From positions 186,001 to 250,000 of the forward strand of contig NW_021832220.1 in NCBI RefSeq assembly GCF_006345805.1: a DNA stretch of 64,000 nt, read 5' to 3'. The translations under genes and the position numbers were made by a program. The notes under the pieces were generated by a model. That model worked only from the letters and a program-made list of their open reading frames with translations. It was not told the DNA's origin and did no database searches. Below, in pieces: positions 63,436-64,000 of the stretch (position 1 is its first letter; every line of letters starts with the position of its first letter). This DNA is from Octopus sinensis. Lineage: Eukaryota.

Positions 63436-64000
63436 GGCATATATTGACAGATATATGATATAATCATAGAGATATTTAAACATATAAGGGATGGCATAAT
63501 GGGACATCCGACTCACTAGAGAGAGCAGTGAAACTCCAAAAAATCGTAAAAGTGTGTCACGTCTGAATAATATATTCGTGAGTTATTCCCCTGCACATTA
63601 TAATTTACTAAAGTAACGTAATTATATGTAAGGAAAAGTAACTCTGGAAGATGTTATCTAGTTATCTCCCTTCCGAAAGTTAATTTCCTTAAATATTATT
63701 TTATTAGTTAAATTATATATTCAAGGGAAGTTACTGTAGAAGAAAACTTTGTAGTTATCTCCCTTAAGTATGTAGTTATCGTAACATAGACTTTGTCGCT
63801 CTTGACTCTTTCAGTTGTTTCACTGTGACCATGGTGGAGCACCGCCTTTAGTCAAGCAAATCAACCCCATGAATTATTCTTTGTATGCCTATTACTTAAT
63901 GTATAGGTCTCTTTTGCAGAAACGATAAGTTACGGGGACGTTAATGTTCGATATACTGATTTAGTAGGTATTATTTATTGTAAGAACTTCAATTATCATA

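Overview
This is AT-rich, repeat-dense animal genomic DNA. The SINE and RTE-LINE repeat families look like those of octopus or another coleoid cephalopod; this comes from recalled repeat families, not a search. Most ORFs in the supplied track are microsatellite or transposon-antisense artefacts. The only host genes I can support are two convergent paralogous three-exon genes that the ORF track misses because they are spliced. Gene A (+; 18850-18904, 25794/25797-25931, 31338-31414) and gene B (-; 39271-39217, 37639-37493, 37160-37084) each encode a ~90-aa secreted peptide. Both have the identical 8-cysteine framework C-x2-C-x5-C-x-C-x12-C-x4-C-x15-C-x20-C and a DCRWxxNxWR motif, which I cannot assign to a known family. 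The rest is transposon debris: CR1, L2/Crack-like, RTE and R4/Dong LINEs, four Penelope-like fragments, two Helitron RepHel relics (one with both termini), a Gypsy integrase relic, solo LTRs, GG-ended TIR elements with 8-bp TSDs, tRNA-derived SINEs and a degenerate tRNA-Ala. Intron 1 of gene A also holds ~550-bp tandem units carrying type-I hammerhead-ribozyme motifs (retrozyme or Penelope pLTR-like). All identities and counts were done by hand.
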